The notes under the pieces are model-generated. The model was given only the letters and a program-made list of their open reading frames with translations, searched no databases and was not told where the DNA came from. A DNA stretch of 64,000 nucleotides from Poseidonia sp. (GTDB lineage: Archaea; Thermoplasmatota; Poseidoniia; Poseidoniales; Poseidoniaceae), in contig JADHNB010000002.1 of the NCBI GenBank assembly GCA_016779705.1, positions 1,017 to 65,016 of the forward strand, read 5' to 3'. Shown here one piece after another: positions 27,497-37,046 of this stretch. The translations under genes were made by a program, and so were the position numbers. Every line of letters begins with the position of its first letter. Within the stretch, counting starts at the first letter, position 1.

Positions 27497-29521
27497 ATGT
27501 CCATGATTCACATCACGTTGCCGGATGGAACGGTGAACGAGTACGCCGCAGGCATCACGTGCGCCGAGGTCATCACCGATGCTCTGGGCAAGAAACACGG
27601 ATGCGTCGCCGCTAAAGTCGACGGAGCGGAGTGCGATTTGTCCCGGGTGCTCAACGAGAACTGTTCGGTGGAAGGCATCGTGGCGGAATCCGATGACGGC
27701 CTCCACATCTTGCGCCATTCCGCCGCCCACCTCTTGGCCCAAGCGGTCATGGACCTCTACCCCGGAGCGTTGCCCACCATCGGGCCCGCCATTGACCGAG
27801 GGTTCTACTACGACTTTGCAATGGAACCCATCGCCGAATCGGACCTCAAAGCCATTGAGAAAAAAATGCAGGAAATCGCTCGCCGAAACCTGACCGTTGA
27901 ACGCGTGGAATTGGACCAAGACAGCCTTCGAGACCACTTTGAACACAACCCCTACAAGTTGGAGATCATCGACGACAAACTTGAGGCGGGGGACGGTTCA
28001 ACGATTTACAAACAAGGAGAATGGTACGATTTGTGCCTCGGGCCACACGTCCCTAGCACGGCGAAATTGATGTTTGTCAAACTCACCTCGGTGTCGTCCG
28101 CTTACTGGCGAGGGGACCAGAGCCGAGAACAATTGGTCCGCATTTACGGCTTGGTTGAACCCACCAAAGAGGCGTTGAACGAAACGCTCCACCGCATGGA
28201 AGAAGCCAAGAAGCGAGACCATCGAAAGTTGGGCAAAGACCTCCAATTGTTCCACATTGACGAGGACGTCGGTCAAGGCCTCATTCTGTGGACTCCCCGT
28301 GGGGCCGTGGTACGGCAAGAACTTCAGGACTTCATTTCCTTCCATTTGCGACGTCAAGGCTATTCCCAGGTGTTCACGCCGCACATCGGGAAACTGGACC
28401 TCTACCGAACCTCCGGCCATTTCCCGTACTACCAGGAATCGCAGTACCCACCTTTGGTGGAGCGGGACTTGATGGCGAAATTGGCCGATGATGGCTGCAC
28501 CTGCGGCGAATTGGCGAACATGATGAGCACCGGAGAAATTGACGGCTACATGCTCAAGCCGATGAATTGCCCGCATCACGTGAAAATTTACGCCAGCCAA
28601 GCACGGTCCTATCGAAACCTTCCGCTTCGATTGGCCGAATTTGGAACCGTTTACCGATGGGAACAATCGGGTGAAATTTCGGGCATGACCCGCGTGCGAG
28701 GCTTCACTCAAGACGATGCTCACCTCTTCGTGACCGAAGACCAACTGGCCGAGGAAGTCTTGGGCTGCATTGAATTGGTGCAAATCATCTTTGACAAACT
28801 TGGCATGGAGGATTATCGAGTTCGTGTGGGCCTGCGAGACCCCGATTCCACGAAATACGTCGGTGACCCTGCTCGCTGGGACAAGGCCGAGGAGGCCTGC
28901 AGGGCAGCGGCGGAGTCGTTGGGTGTCGCTTGGTCCGAAGAGCAGGGAGAAGCCGCCTTTTATGGACCCAAAATCGACTTCGTGGTCAAGGACGTCATCG
29001 GACGGGAATGGCAATTGGGCACCGTCCAAGTGGATTACAACTTGCCTGAGCGCTTTGATTTGACCTACAAAGGCAGCGATGGCGAACTGCATCGGCCGGT
29101 GATGATTCACCGAGCGCCGTTTGGTTCGATGGAACGGTTTTGCGGTGTGCTCATCGAGCACTTCGCTGGTCGCTTCCCCACGTGGCTCACCCCCACGCAA
29201 TGCCACATCATCACCATCCGTGAAGAGCACAAGGCCTACGCCGCTGAAGTCGCCTTGCTCCTCAAAGAACGAGGCGTGCGGGTGGAAGTGGACGATTCGG
29301 ACAACAACATCATGAAGAAAATTCGCAACCATCGCAAACTCCAACCCGCCTACATGGTGATTTTGGGTGACGGAGAAGTGGCGTCAAACACCGTGAGTTT
29401 GCGGGCTCGAAACGGAGACCAAATCGCCGACCTGTCGCTCACCGAATTCGTCGACCAACTCTTGGAAGAAATCACCACCAAGGTCAGTCAACCTTCGCTC
29501 GTCCCTCCTGCTGAATCGTGA
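27497..29521 (+). CDS. thrS: Threonyl-tRNA synthetase, bacterial/eukaryal-type (TGS plus SAD editing domain)
   Basis: TGS-like N-terminus MIHITLPDGTVNEY; editing HxxxH block ILRHSAAHLLAQAV; class II core MNCPHH, FTQDDAH and HRAPFGSMERF. Start at ATG 27497 (alternatives 27491 TTG, 27503 ATG). Confidence 0.9.
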   Translation: MSMIHITLPDGTVNEYAAGITCAEVITDALGKKHGCVAAKVDGAECDLSRVLNENCSVEGIVAESDDGLHILRHSAAHLLAQAVMDLYPGALPTIGPAIDRGFYYDFAMEPIAESDLKAIEKKMQEIARRNLTVERVELDQDSLRDHFEHNPYKLEIIDDKLEAGDGSTIYKQGEWYDLCLGPHVPSTAKLMFVKLTSVSSAYWRGDQSREQLVRIYGLVEPTKEALNETLHRMEEAKKRDHRKLGKDLQLFHIDEDVGQGLILWTPRGAVVRQELQDFISFHLRRQGYSQVFTPHIGKLDLYRTSGHFPYYQESQYPPLVERDLMAKLADDGCTCGELANMMSTGEIDGYMLKPMNCPHHVKIYASQARSYRNLPLRLAEFGTVYRWEQSGEISGMTRVRGFTQDDAHLFVTEDQLAEEVLGCIELVQIIFDKLGMEDYRVRVGLRDPDSTKYVGDPARWDKAEEACRAAAESLGVAWSEEQGEAAFYGPKIDFVVKDVIGREWQLGTVQVDYNLPERFDLTYKGSDGELHRPVMIHRAPFGSMERFCGVLIEHFAGRFPTWLTPTQCHIITIREEHKAYAAEVALLLKERGVRVEVDDSDNNIMKKIRNHRKLQPAYMVILGDGEVASNTVSLRARNGDQIADLSLTEFVDQLLEEITTKVSQPSLVPPAES

Positions 29522-29527
29522 TCGACC

Positions 29528-32056
29528 ATGAACGACCCCAGCATCATTCAGGGATTTTCCTTGGCCATGTTGGGCCCCCTTATGCTGGCGTTTTTGACGG
29601 CATGGTTCTTCTGGACGAACGTCGTCCCCCGGCAGCTGAGAGGGCTTCAAGTCGCCTTTCAAACCGGCGCAAAGACCTACGAGGTCCATCAGGTCACGTC
29701 AAGCGTCGAAGATGTTCGCAAACTTCTGGCCCAACGGGGGACCCGTTTCGGCGTCGTCTCGTATTTGATGGCGCTCTCAGGCAGCCTGATTTTGCTCTTT
29801 GAATTCTTTAACTATCGAGGAGGCAACGCCACCGGCTACCACGCACCATCGGTGGCCTTCGCCTTGATGTTGATCGTGCTGCCGGCCGTCGTGTCAAGCG
29901 GCACCTCGCTGGGAGCGCAAGTCATCCGCCCGCTGGGCGTCAGTCGGGCCACGCTCCAAAACTCAACGCGAACCCGAAACATCGCCTACGTGGCGCTCAC
30001 CGCGGCGTGGCTCACGCTGGCGCTGGCCATCAACACCGTCCTTGAAGCGCAAGGCATGAGCCAAACGAACCGCTACAGCCTTGTCGCCCTCGTCGCCTTC
30101 TCCCCGGCCGTGTTGGCATACGGCCGGATTCTCGGCTCAGCATGGCACGCGCTGAAGCAATCCTCCCAGCAAATCGCCAAAGGCGGCGCCTCGCCTTTCC
30201 ACAACCACATCCCCAACGCTCGTCAGCAATTTGTGGCTCAAGTTGTTCATCTCAACTTGGTGGCGATGCCCTTTGTCGCCATCAACACCCTCGTCTCGCT
30301 CGTGTTCCTCTTGTACGACCCGACGATGTTCACTCACTCCGACCAGGTGCTCAACCTCCCTGAATATCGGCTTCAGTCCACCTACATGGAAGAAGGCGGC
30401 CTGCTGGGCTTCGCCTTGATTGAACTGTTTTCGAACATTCCTCAAGCCGGCATTCGTGTTCCCATCGTCACCTCGCTCCTGCTGTTTTTGCTGCTCAACG
30501 TGGCGGCCATCGGTTTCCTGTTTGTTTACGAAGTGGCCCGCATCCTGTTCTTGGACGTGCAAGACGTTTCCGGGGTCGGTGGCATCCGTTTGGCCGACAG
30601 TCGATTGCTTCGGGCAGAACCCGTCCAACAGGCCACGGTGTTGAATTTCTGTTTCACCGGTTTTGCGGGCCAATCGATGTTGTTGCTGGCATTGGCGATG
30701 ATCACCTTTTGGGATTCGAGTTTCCTCCCACAAGGCAGCGCTTGCGGGACGTGGGAAGGGAGCGTCTGTGCGGTGCTGGAAAAGGACACGTTGGAACAGC
30801 TAACCTGGATGCTCGCCTCCGGCGGCCAAGTGGCGTTCTTGGCCGTTTGGGCCCTCTCATGGCGTCGAGCGGGCCAGCTGGACGAAATCACCTTTGACGC
30901 AACGATGGACGAGGACCGGACAAGACTTCGCGGCATGAGCGACATGATTTATCTCAAGCAACGACCCGTCCATGAACTGGTCGCTGCGGACGATTGGACC
31001 AAAGCCATCCAGCGTTTTGAAGCGATGTCTCAGGGACGCGAAGCCACCCTTGTCGGTCTTGATATGGTTCGACACACCAAAGCCAACATGCTGTTGCATG
31101 CGGCGATGGGCCGTTGGGACGAAGCGGAAGAAATGGCAGTGGATTTGCTGGCACTTCAGGGCGGAAGGGACGCGCAGATTTCGCGATTGGTGTTGTGCGC
31201 CGCCAGTTTGGCCCAACGCGATTACCGAGAAGCGGTGCCTCGACTGAACCTGCTGACCAACGACGATGTTGAGGCTGTTCGCCTCAAGTGGGTGGCAGCG
31301 CTTCTCGCACCGAAGTACCGTTTGGACGACGAAGCCCGTTCCATGTTGAGCGTGGACCCGATGACCAGGGACAACGCTCGCATGCTGACCCACTACGCCG
31401 AGGGTCGTGCGGAATTGCGCAGCCAGCCTCCTCGAACATCGGCCCAACGAGCCATGTTCCTGGCCGACATCGGTCGCCTGCGACTCTGTGGACAAAGCGA
31501 GGAAGCCCTGAACCGGCTTGAACGGGTGTTGTCAAACATGGACGGCGAAGAGTGGGTCCAGGGTCGTCTGGTGCAGGCCCTGCTCAACCTTGACGGTGGC
31601 CGCCGATTGACCGCCATATCGAGCGTGGAAGCGTTGGCAAAGCGTCATCCTCGTGACCCGAACGTCCGAACCTTGGTGCACCACTTTGCTCGGCTCGGCG
31701 AAACCGGCCTTCCCTCCTCAGAACCGACCAAAATTGAATGGGTTTGCGACCAGGAAATGGATTGGCGACATCGGTGGAAACACCACAACGTCAAAATTCC
31801 TCCATCGCTCGAAAGCGAGGAACTCAAACTCCATGCGTGGCAAGCCAACGCTTGGGTTGGTTTGGCGAGCGAGGGAGGGTTGTCCAGCAAAACGAACAAA
31901 CATCATCATCGCCGTTTGCCCTCTGCTCTTCCAACGGGCCTGTACACCCATTTCTCAGGCATCGTCGTGACCGTGGGGGGCATGGCCATTGACTTGGGTC
32001 TCCCGCCAAGTTACCATCACGAGGCGGCCAAGAAAGCAGGCCTTATCGACGTCTGA
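29528..32056 (+). CDS. Large polytopic membrane protein with a C-terminal TPR-like helical-repeat domain (hypothetical)
   Basis: 842 aa. About 10 hydrophobic helices in the first ~470 aa, then Ala/Leu/Arg-rich helical repeats. It starts 6 nt after the thrS stop. Confidence 0.6.
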   Translation: MNDPSIIQGFSLAMLGPLMLAFLTAWFFWTNVVPRQLRGLQVAFQTGAKTYEVHQVTSSVEDVRKLLAQRGTRFGVVSYLMALSGSLILLFEFFNYRGGNATGYHAPSVAFALMLIVLPAVVSSGTSLGAQVIRPLGVSRATLQNSTRTRNIAYVALTAAWLTLALAINTVLEAQGMSQTNRYSLVALVAFSPAVLAYGRILGSAWHALKQSSQQIAKGGASPFHNHIPNARQQFVAQVVHLNLVAMPFVAINTLVSLVFLLYDPTMFTHSDQVLNLPEYRLQSTYMEEGGLLGFALIELFSNIPQAGIRVPIVTSLLLFLLLNVAAIGFLFVYEVARILFLDVQDVSGVGGIRLADSRLLRAEPVQQATVLNFCFTGFAGQSMLLLALAMITFWDSSFLPQGSACGTWEGSVCAVLEKDTLEQLTWMLASGGQVAFLAVWALSWRRAGQLDEITFDATMDEDRTRLRGMSDMIYLKQRPVHELVAADDWTKAIQRFEAMSQGREATLVGLDMVRHTKANMLLHAAMGRWDEAEEMAVDLLALQGGRDAQISRLVLCAASLAQRDYREAVPRLNLLTNDDVEAVRLKWVAALLAPKYRLDDEARSMLSVDPMTRDNARMLTHYAEGRAELRSQPPRTSAQRAMFLADIGRLRLCGQSEEALNRLERVLSNMDGEEWVQGRLVQALLNLDGGRRLTAISSVEALAKRHPRDPNVRTLVHHFARLGETGLPSSEPTKIEWVCDQEMDWRHRWKHHNVKIPPSLESEELKLHAWQANAWVGLASEGGLSSKTNKHHHRRLPSALPTGLYTHFSGIVVTVGGMAIDLGLPPSYHHEAAKKAGLIDV

Positions 32057-33871
32057 TCAGATGCGACGACGCAGACGTTCCATCGCAGCATCGGCTTGCG
32101 CCAACCCTTGCAACGTGGCTTCGATGTTGCTCACGCCCAACATCGCTTCGGCTTCAGCAATCGCCTGTTCACAGGCCCGCCGGTCGTCGTCCTGCACGTT
32201 AATGCCAGCGGCCTCGCATTGATTTCTCAACACCCGCCACTGGTCCATCACAAAGTCGTAGAGTTCCAACGCATCGTCACTGGCCTTCCCTTCGCGGTCA
32301 AGCGCTGCCGTCATGCGTTCAAGCAACATCCCCGCATGGCTCCATGAGCGAGCGTCGGCGGCTTTGATGATGTCCTCGAGGGAATCGGCCCAGGTTGCTT
32401 CATCGCTTCGCCCTTCGAACCGCTTCACCAATTGCTTCTTCTGTTTCAAGGCACGAAGGACATCGTCCATGGCCGCACGCTCACGTTCAATGGTACGCAC
32501 CACGCCATCGGCAAGACCAATCGCTTGACTGGCGTTGCCGGCTTCCAAGGCCGCTTCTGCCTGAATCAAGCGTTCTTCAAACGGCGGCCGGTCGAGACCG
32601 TCGGCTTGCTTGAGTTGACGAGCCGCTTCGGTAATCGCCGTTTTGGCACGCTCTGAGGCCCCTTCACCCGCTTCCAGTTGGGCAGGAATCACCATCGCAA
32701 ATTCATAAGCGTCCTTGGGTTGCTCTTGACGAAGTTTGTCCTTGGCTTGTTCAAGGAGGTCACGCAACGACGCCACGCCGTCTCCCTTCTTTCCATCAAG
32801 TGCCCGGGTGGCTTCAGCGATGCAGTCCTCTGCGCGCTTCCACCAGGTGAGGATCTCGTTCGCTCGTTTCTTGGCTTGCCTGAACAACAACTCGCCCTCG
32901 CGCAGCGAGCCGAGATTCACCTCCCGCTCGCCCATGTCGTAGGCTTTGCGCGGCCGTCGAGCGGTCGGGGCGACGGCCTCGGCCTGTTCGACCGACGCCA
33001 GCGCATCAGCTCGAATGATTTCCACATCATCGGCAAGGGAAAGCGCACGGTCCATGTCTTCCTCGCTTTCGTCCAGCAACCGCATGCCGTAGGCGGGGTC
33101 AAGGTGACCTTCTTCTTTGGCCGTGGTCAACAGGCTGGATGCTTGAGCAACGGCGGCGCCTTGAGCTTTCAATTCCAACAAGCGATTCTCGAGAGCGTCC
33201 AAGCGCCTTCGGAACGCTCGTCGTTCGACTTTTTGGTCGTCACCCACGGTCCATGAGTACACGGTATCGGCCACGGCCAAGCCACATAGGCCAAGGGCTG
33301 CGGCGCCTGAGGGCGAGGTCAACGAGTCGCTTTGAGTGAAGGTCAGGACCACGGCGGACGCCGTACCAATGCCGGTGAGAACGGCTCGATACCGCAACAC
33401 GCCGAAGTGCCCTCGCATGGTCCGCATCGCCACGTTTCGGCAAACCGCTCCAGAGATCAAAATCAGAGCACTTCCCCCCATGGCTGCATTGAACCGCTCG
33501 GGTAGACCCAATGCCCCCAAGACCAACAAAACCGGCCAAGCGACGGCTGTGGCCGAACCGAGCCGAGTTCGAGCGGAGGCGTCGTCAAGGGCGAGGTCTT
33601 GAACGAAGATGCCCCACATGACGAGGACCAAAGGCGCTCCAAGTTGAGAGAGCACCACACCATCGCCTGAAACCAAGGCCTTCAGACTCGGCCAAGCAAG
33701 CCAAACGGCACATCCGAGAAGCGTGAGGGCCGTGAACAAGGTGAGGTTTTCAACGCGTTTGACCCGAAGCGTGCGCTCGGCATCAATGGCCGAATCGGCG
33801 TCGGCCCAGGTGACCATACCCCGCTCACATCGGGGGTCCGTGATAATCACTCCGCTGAACAACTCCGCCAT
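32057..33871 (-). CDS. Membrane protein with a long C-terminal alpha-helical/coiled-coil domain (hypothetical)
   Basis: 604 aa. About 6 TM helices in the N-terminal 200 aa, then helical Ala/Glu/Arg-rich sequence. Confidence 0.55.
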   Translation of the reverse strand: MAELFSGVIITDPRCERGMVTWADADSAIDAERTLRVKRVENLTLFTALTLLGCAVWLAWPSLKALVSGDGVVLSQLGAPLVLVMWGIFVQDLALDDASARTRLGSATAVAWPVLLVLGALGLPERFNAAMGGSALILISGAVCRNVAMRTMRGHFGVLRYRAVLTGIGTASAVVLTFTQSDSLTSPSGAAALGLCGLAVADTVYSWTVGDDQKVERRAFRRRLDALENRLLELKAQGAAVAQASSLLTTAKEEGHLDPAYGMRLLDESEEDMDRALSLADDVEIIRADALASVEQAEAVAPTARRPRKAYDMGEREVNLGSLREGELLFRQAKKRANEILTWWKRAEDCIAEATRALDGKKGDGVASLRDLLEQAKDKLRQEQPKDAYEFAMVIPAQLEAGEGASERAKTAITEAARQLKQADGLDRPPFEERLIQAEAALEAGNASQAIGLADGVVRTIERERAAMDDVLRALKQKKQLVKRFEGRSDEATWADSLEDIIKAADARSWSHAGMLLERMTAALDREGKASDDALELYDFVMDQWRVLRNQCEAAGINVQDDDRRACEQAIAEAEAMLGVSNIEATLQGLAQADAAMERLRRRI

Positions 33872-33941
33872 GGACCAACAACGGATTGAGCGGCAAGGTT
33901 CATGGGTGGCTTTCGAATCTCATCAAGTTAGAGGGAACCGT

Positions 33942-34883
33942 ATGCCGGGCTTGATCACGATGGATGACTTGACCAACGATGAAATTCTCAGCATCTTGGA
34001 CGATGCCGAGCGGCTGCTCCCGGTGGCGCAGGGCCACGTTTACCTCCCCCTGCTCCAGGGCAAAATACTGGGCAACCTCTTCTTCGAACCCAGCACTCGA
34101 ACCCGAATGTCGTTTGAAACCGCCATGAAGCGGTTGGGCGGCGAGGTGGTGAATCTGGGCGATGTTAAGACCTCCTCGGTGGTCAAAGGTGAGACCCTGT
34201 TCGATACGATTCAGATGGTTGACGGTTACACCGATATCATCGCGATGCGGCACCCGCGCCAAGGTGCAGCTCAATACGCCCAAGATTCGGCCCGCGTCCC
34301 CATTCTGAACGGCGGCGACGGCGCTGGCCATCACCCCACCCAAACCATGCTCGACCTCTTCACCATCCGCCAAGCCCACGGACGCTTGGATGGGTTGAAG
34401 GTCGTCCTGGCCGGAGATTTGCGATACGGTCGAACGGTGCATTCGCTCAGCCATGCCTTGACGCGATTCGGTTGCGAATTGGTGCTGGCCAGTCCCACCT
34501 TGCTGAAAATGCCCGCTGAAATCGTGTCAGACCTCAAGGCCCACGGGGCCAACGTCGTCGAAACCGAGGACTTGTTGAGCTCGTTGGGGGATGCTGATGT
34601 CGTGTACATGACGCGCATCCAAAAGGAACGCTTTGCCGACGAAGACGAGTACGCAAAGGTGGCGGGCGCCTACAAGCTTCACGCCTCCAACCTTGACGGG
34701 GCGAAGGAAAGCATGATCATCATGCACCCGCTTCCTCGAGTGGACGAAATTCACCCATCGGTCGATGGCACTCGGCACGCCCGTTACTTCGAGCAGGCGT
34801 TCAACGGCGTGGTGGCCCGGATGGCCCTGCTGTGTCGATTGCTTAATGTTCCCGTCCCCGCAACCGTTGGAGGTGAGGCTTGA
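33942..34883 (+). CDS. pyrB: Aspartate carbamoyltransferase catalytic chain
   Basis: FFEPSTRTRMSFE, GHHPTQ and HPLPRV. I chose the start at ATG 33942 (MPGLITMDDL). Confidence 0.9.
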   Translation: MPGLITMDDLTNDEILSILDDAERLLPVAQGHVYLPLLQGKILGNLFFEPSTRTRMSFETAMKRLGGEVVNLGDVKTSSVVKGETLFDTIQMVDGYTDIIAMRHPRQGAAQYAQDSARVPILNGGDGAGHHPTQTMLDLFTIRQAHGRLDGLKVVLAGDLRYGRTVHSLSHALTRFGCELVLASPTLLKMPAEIVSDLKAHGANVVETEDLLSSLGDADVVYMTRIQKERFADEDEYAKVAGAYKLHASNLDGAKESMIIMHPLPRVDEIHPSVDGTRHARYFEQAFNGVVARMALLCRLLNVPVPATVGGEA

Positions 34884-35359
34884 TGTCCCAAGAACACAAC
34901 ATGCGCCGGGTGACGGCGATTCGAAACGGTACCGTCATCGACCACATTCCTTCTGGCCACGCGATGCGAGTTCTCGAAATGCTGGGCATCAACCGAAGCA
35001 GTTCCGTTCCGGTATCGATGGTGATGAACGTTCCCTCAAAAAAGATGGGGACGAAAGACATCATCAAAGTCGAGGACCGCGAATTGACGCAGGACGAACT
35101 CAACCGCTTGGCTCTGGTGGCACCTGACGCTCACGTGGCGATCATTCGAGCCTACAGCGTGGCGGAGAAGTTGACCATTGAGTTGGGCGAGGAAGTGCAA
35201 AACGTGGTGCGATGCACCTTCTCAAACTGCATCACCACCAACCTTCGAGAACCGTTGCCTCACCGATTGAAGGTGCTTTCCCGTGAACCGCTCGAACTTC
35301 GGTGCCATTACTGCGGTCGCCCACAAGACCTCGAAGAATTGGTTCACAACGTCTTGTGA
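34880..35359 (+). CDS. pyrI: Aspartate carbamoyltransferase regulatory chain
   Basis: VTAIRNGTVIDHIP and the Zn domain CTFSNC..CHYC. ATGA overlap with pyrB. Confidence 0.9.
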   Translation: MMSQEHNMRRVTAIRNGTVIDHIPSGHAMRVLEMLGINRSSSVPVSMVMNVPSKKMGTKDIIKVEDRELTQDELNRLALVAPDAHVAIIRAYSVAEKLTIELGEEVQNVVRCTFSNCITTNLREPLPHRLKVLSREPLELRCHYCGRPQDLEELVHNVL

Positions 35360-36369
35360 CCGCCCTTGACCCCTAACAGGTCGCGCATGTCGCAGGCCTT
35401 GCATTGAGCGCTTGAGCTCGGACTGCCACAACGTGGACAGGGTTGAGGAGGAGCCGGACGGGTTTCGCCGCCGCCCAAATGGACGACTTGGTCCCGCAGG
35501 TGCTTGATTTGGTCCGCCATACGCACCAACCCGTGACGGGTACCGGGCACATCGTCTTCCATGCGGGCCACCATCTCCCGATGGCGCCATCGAAGCGCCC
35601 CGCGTGCGTTCGGGCACTCCTCATGATGAAGCGGCAACGCTCGATGGAGGGCGTAGAGGTGAACCTCTTGCTCGGGCACCCAACGCAGCGGTACAATGCG
35701 TGGCGCAAGACCGTCCACGGGCGTGGTCGTGTGGGGTGCCAGTCGCAACGTCCGTTCAATGTCGGCATTGGCCATGTTCATGAGGACGGTTTGGGCCATG
35801 TCGTCCAGATTGTGACCTAAAGCGATCACATCGGCCCCCACTTTGTTGGCGAGGTGATTGATGCCTTGTCGCCTGAAGACACCGCAATAGGAACAGGCCA
35901 TTCGAGGGGCATCGTTGTCCTTCTCAATCACCATCGGGAGGCGTTGAACCACCTCGTCCATCTCGAGAAACGAAAGTTCGGGATAGGTGACCACGTGGTG
36001 GTCAACACCAAGACGCTCGCAAAGGGACGCCGCACAGGTGATGGACGGCGGGCGATAGCCCTCGATGCCTTCGTCCACGGTCCCGGCGACGATCGTGACG
36101 TCCGGTCGTTTTCCGAGCAGATCCACCAAGACATCCAGCAAAACGGCCGAATCTTTGCCGCCCGAAACCGCCACGAGAACGGTGGTGTGCGAGCCTTTTT
36201 CCAACGGGAGTTGGAGGCGAAGTTCCTTGCTGATTTTCTTTCGAACGGATTTCGCAAGATGCTTGCCACAAAGGATGCGCCCCGAATACGCTTGCTCAAC
36301 CACGGCGGGTTTGTCGCACGAATCGCATTGAGGGAGGGCGAAAGGAAGTCCTCCTCCTGCGGCGTCCAT
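35344..36369 (-). CDS. ncs6: Ncs6/TtuA-type tRNA 2-thiolation PP-loop ATPase
   Basis: N-terminal Zn finger CDSCDK..CGKH; PP-loop VAVSGGKDS; CSYCGVFRR; C-terminal Zn ribbon CPRCGS..CKAC. I chose the start at ATG 36369. Confidence 0.8.
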   Translation of the reverse strand: MDAAGGGLPFALPQCDSCDKPAVVEQAYSGRILCGKHLAKSVRKKISKELRLQLPLEKGSHTTVLVAVSGGKDSAVLLDVLVDLLGKRPDVTIVAGTVDEGIEGYRPPSITCAASLCERLGVDHHVVTYPELSFLEMDEVVQRLPMVIEKDNDAPRMACSYCGVFRRQGINHLANKVGADVIALGHNLDDMAQTVLMNMANADIERTLRLAPHTTTPVDGLAPRIVPLRWVPEQEVHLYALHRALPLHHEECPNARGALRWRHREMVARMEDDVPGTRHGLVRMADQIKHLRDQVVHLGGGETRPAPPQPCPRCGSPSSSAQCKACDMRDLLGVKGGHKTL

Positions 36370-36693
36370 GGGCCATCCTCGTGGGCGCTCTCGTTTCAAA
36401 TCAGCGGCGTTCAATGGGCGGCAACCAGGGTCATCCGGAAGATGAATTCCCAATTGAAAAATTAAATTCGCAATTGCTATTTTTTGACATAAAATCGACA
36501 AAACGCACACGCCTCATCTGCCGGCCCGCCCCCTCCATCTCTTCAAAAAAAGCGATGCTGCGACGTGGTTGGTGGCAAACGAAAACTGAATTTCCAGTTG
36601 GAAAATCGCAAAGGGTCGGCAAACGACCGTCTTGCAGGGTTTGAGCGCAAAACTTCTTGAAGGCTACAGCGGTGTCAAGCGTCTTGAGAAGTC

Positions 36694-37035
36694 ATGTTGC
36701 ACCGTCTCCTCGCCGAATTTCTTCGTCACGACGACCTCACGCAGGCGGTCGTCATCGATGACATGGGCAGGATGCTTTCCAGTGTCGGTGAACAGGGGAC
36801 GCTGCCGCCGACCAACGAAGCCATCCATCTCACGAACGCTGCCTTATCGGCCGCACAGCACACCGAATTTGGGACCTTGCACGAACTCTGGATCGAAGGC
36901 AAGGACACCACCGTCATCGATGTCCTCACCCCGTACCGAATTCTCATGCTCAAAGGCAAGAACGGCCATCTTGCCCGCTGGCGGCACAGCACCGACCGTA
37001 TGCGAAAACAATTGGCCACGACCCCCGAATTCTAA
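36694..37035 (+). CDS. Roadblock/LC7 (MglB-like) domain protein
   Basis: 113 aa. LTQAVVIDDMGRMLSSVG..AIHLTNAALSAA..LHELWIEGKDTTVIDVLTPYRILMLKG fits the Roadblock/LC7 pattern (G-A-hhhD-x-x-G-x-h-h ... h-x-h-E-x-x-x-x-x-hhh). Confidence 0.6.
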   Translation: MLHRLLAEFLRHDDLTQAVVIDDMGRMLSSVGEQGTLPPTNEAIHLTNAALSAAQHTEFGTLHELWIEGKDTTVIDVLTPYRILMLKGKNGHLARWRHSTDRMRKQLATTPEF

Positions 37036-37046
37036 GGTGAAGCACC

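Noticed and set aside
26985-27497. The N-terminal 171-aa extension of track ORF 25803..27497.
   Set aside because: The NAD-kinase-like homology begins at MRIGLLVNPDAG (ATG 26984). The extension is Arg/Gly/Trp-rich, would overlap the thrS start, and competes with a better-looking plus-strand ORF.
36381-36644. An 87-aa ORF inside the AT-rich ncs6/Roadblock intergenic region.
   Set aside because: Its composition and codon usage are atypical, the predicted peptide is basic and low-complexity, and it spans the likely promoter region.
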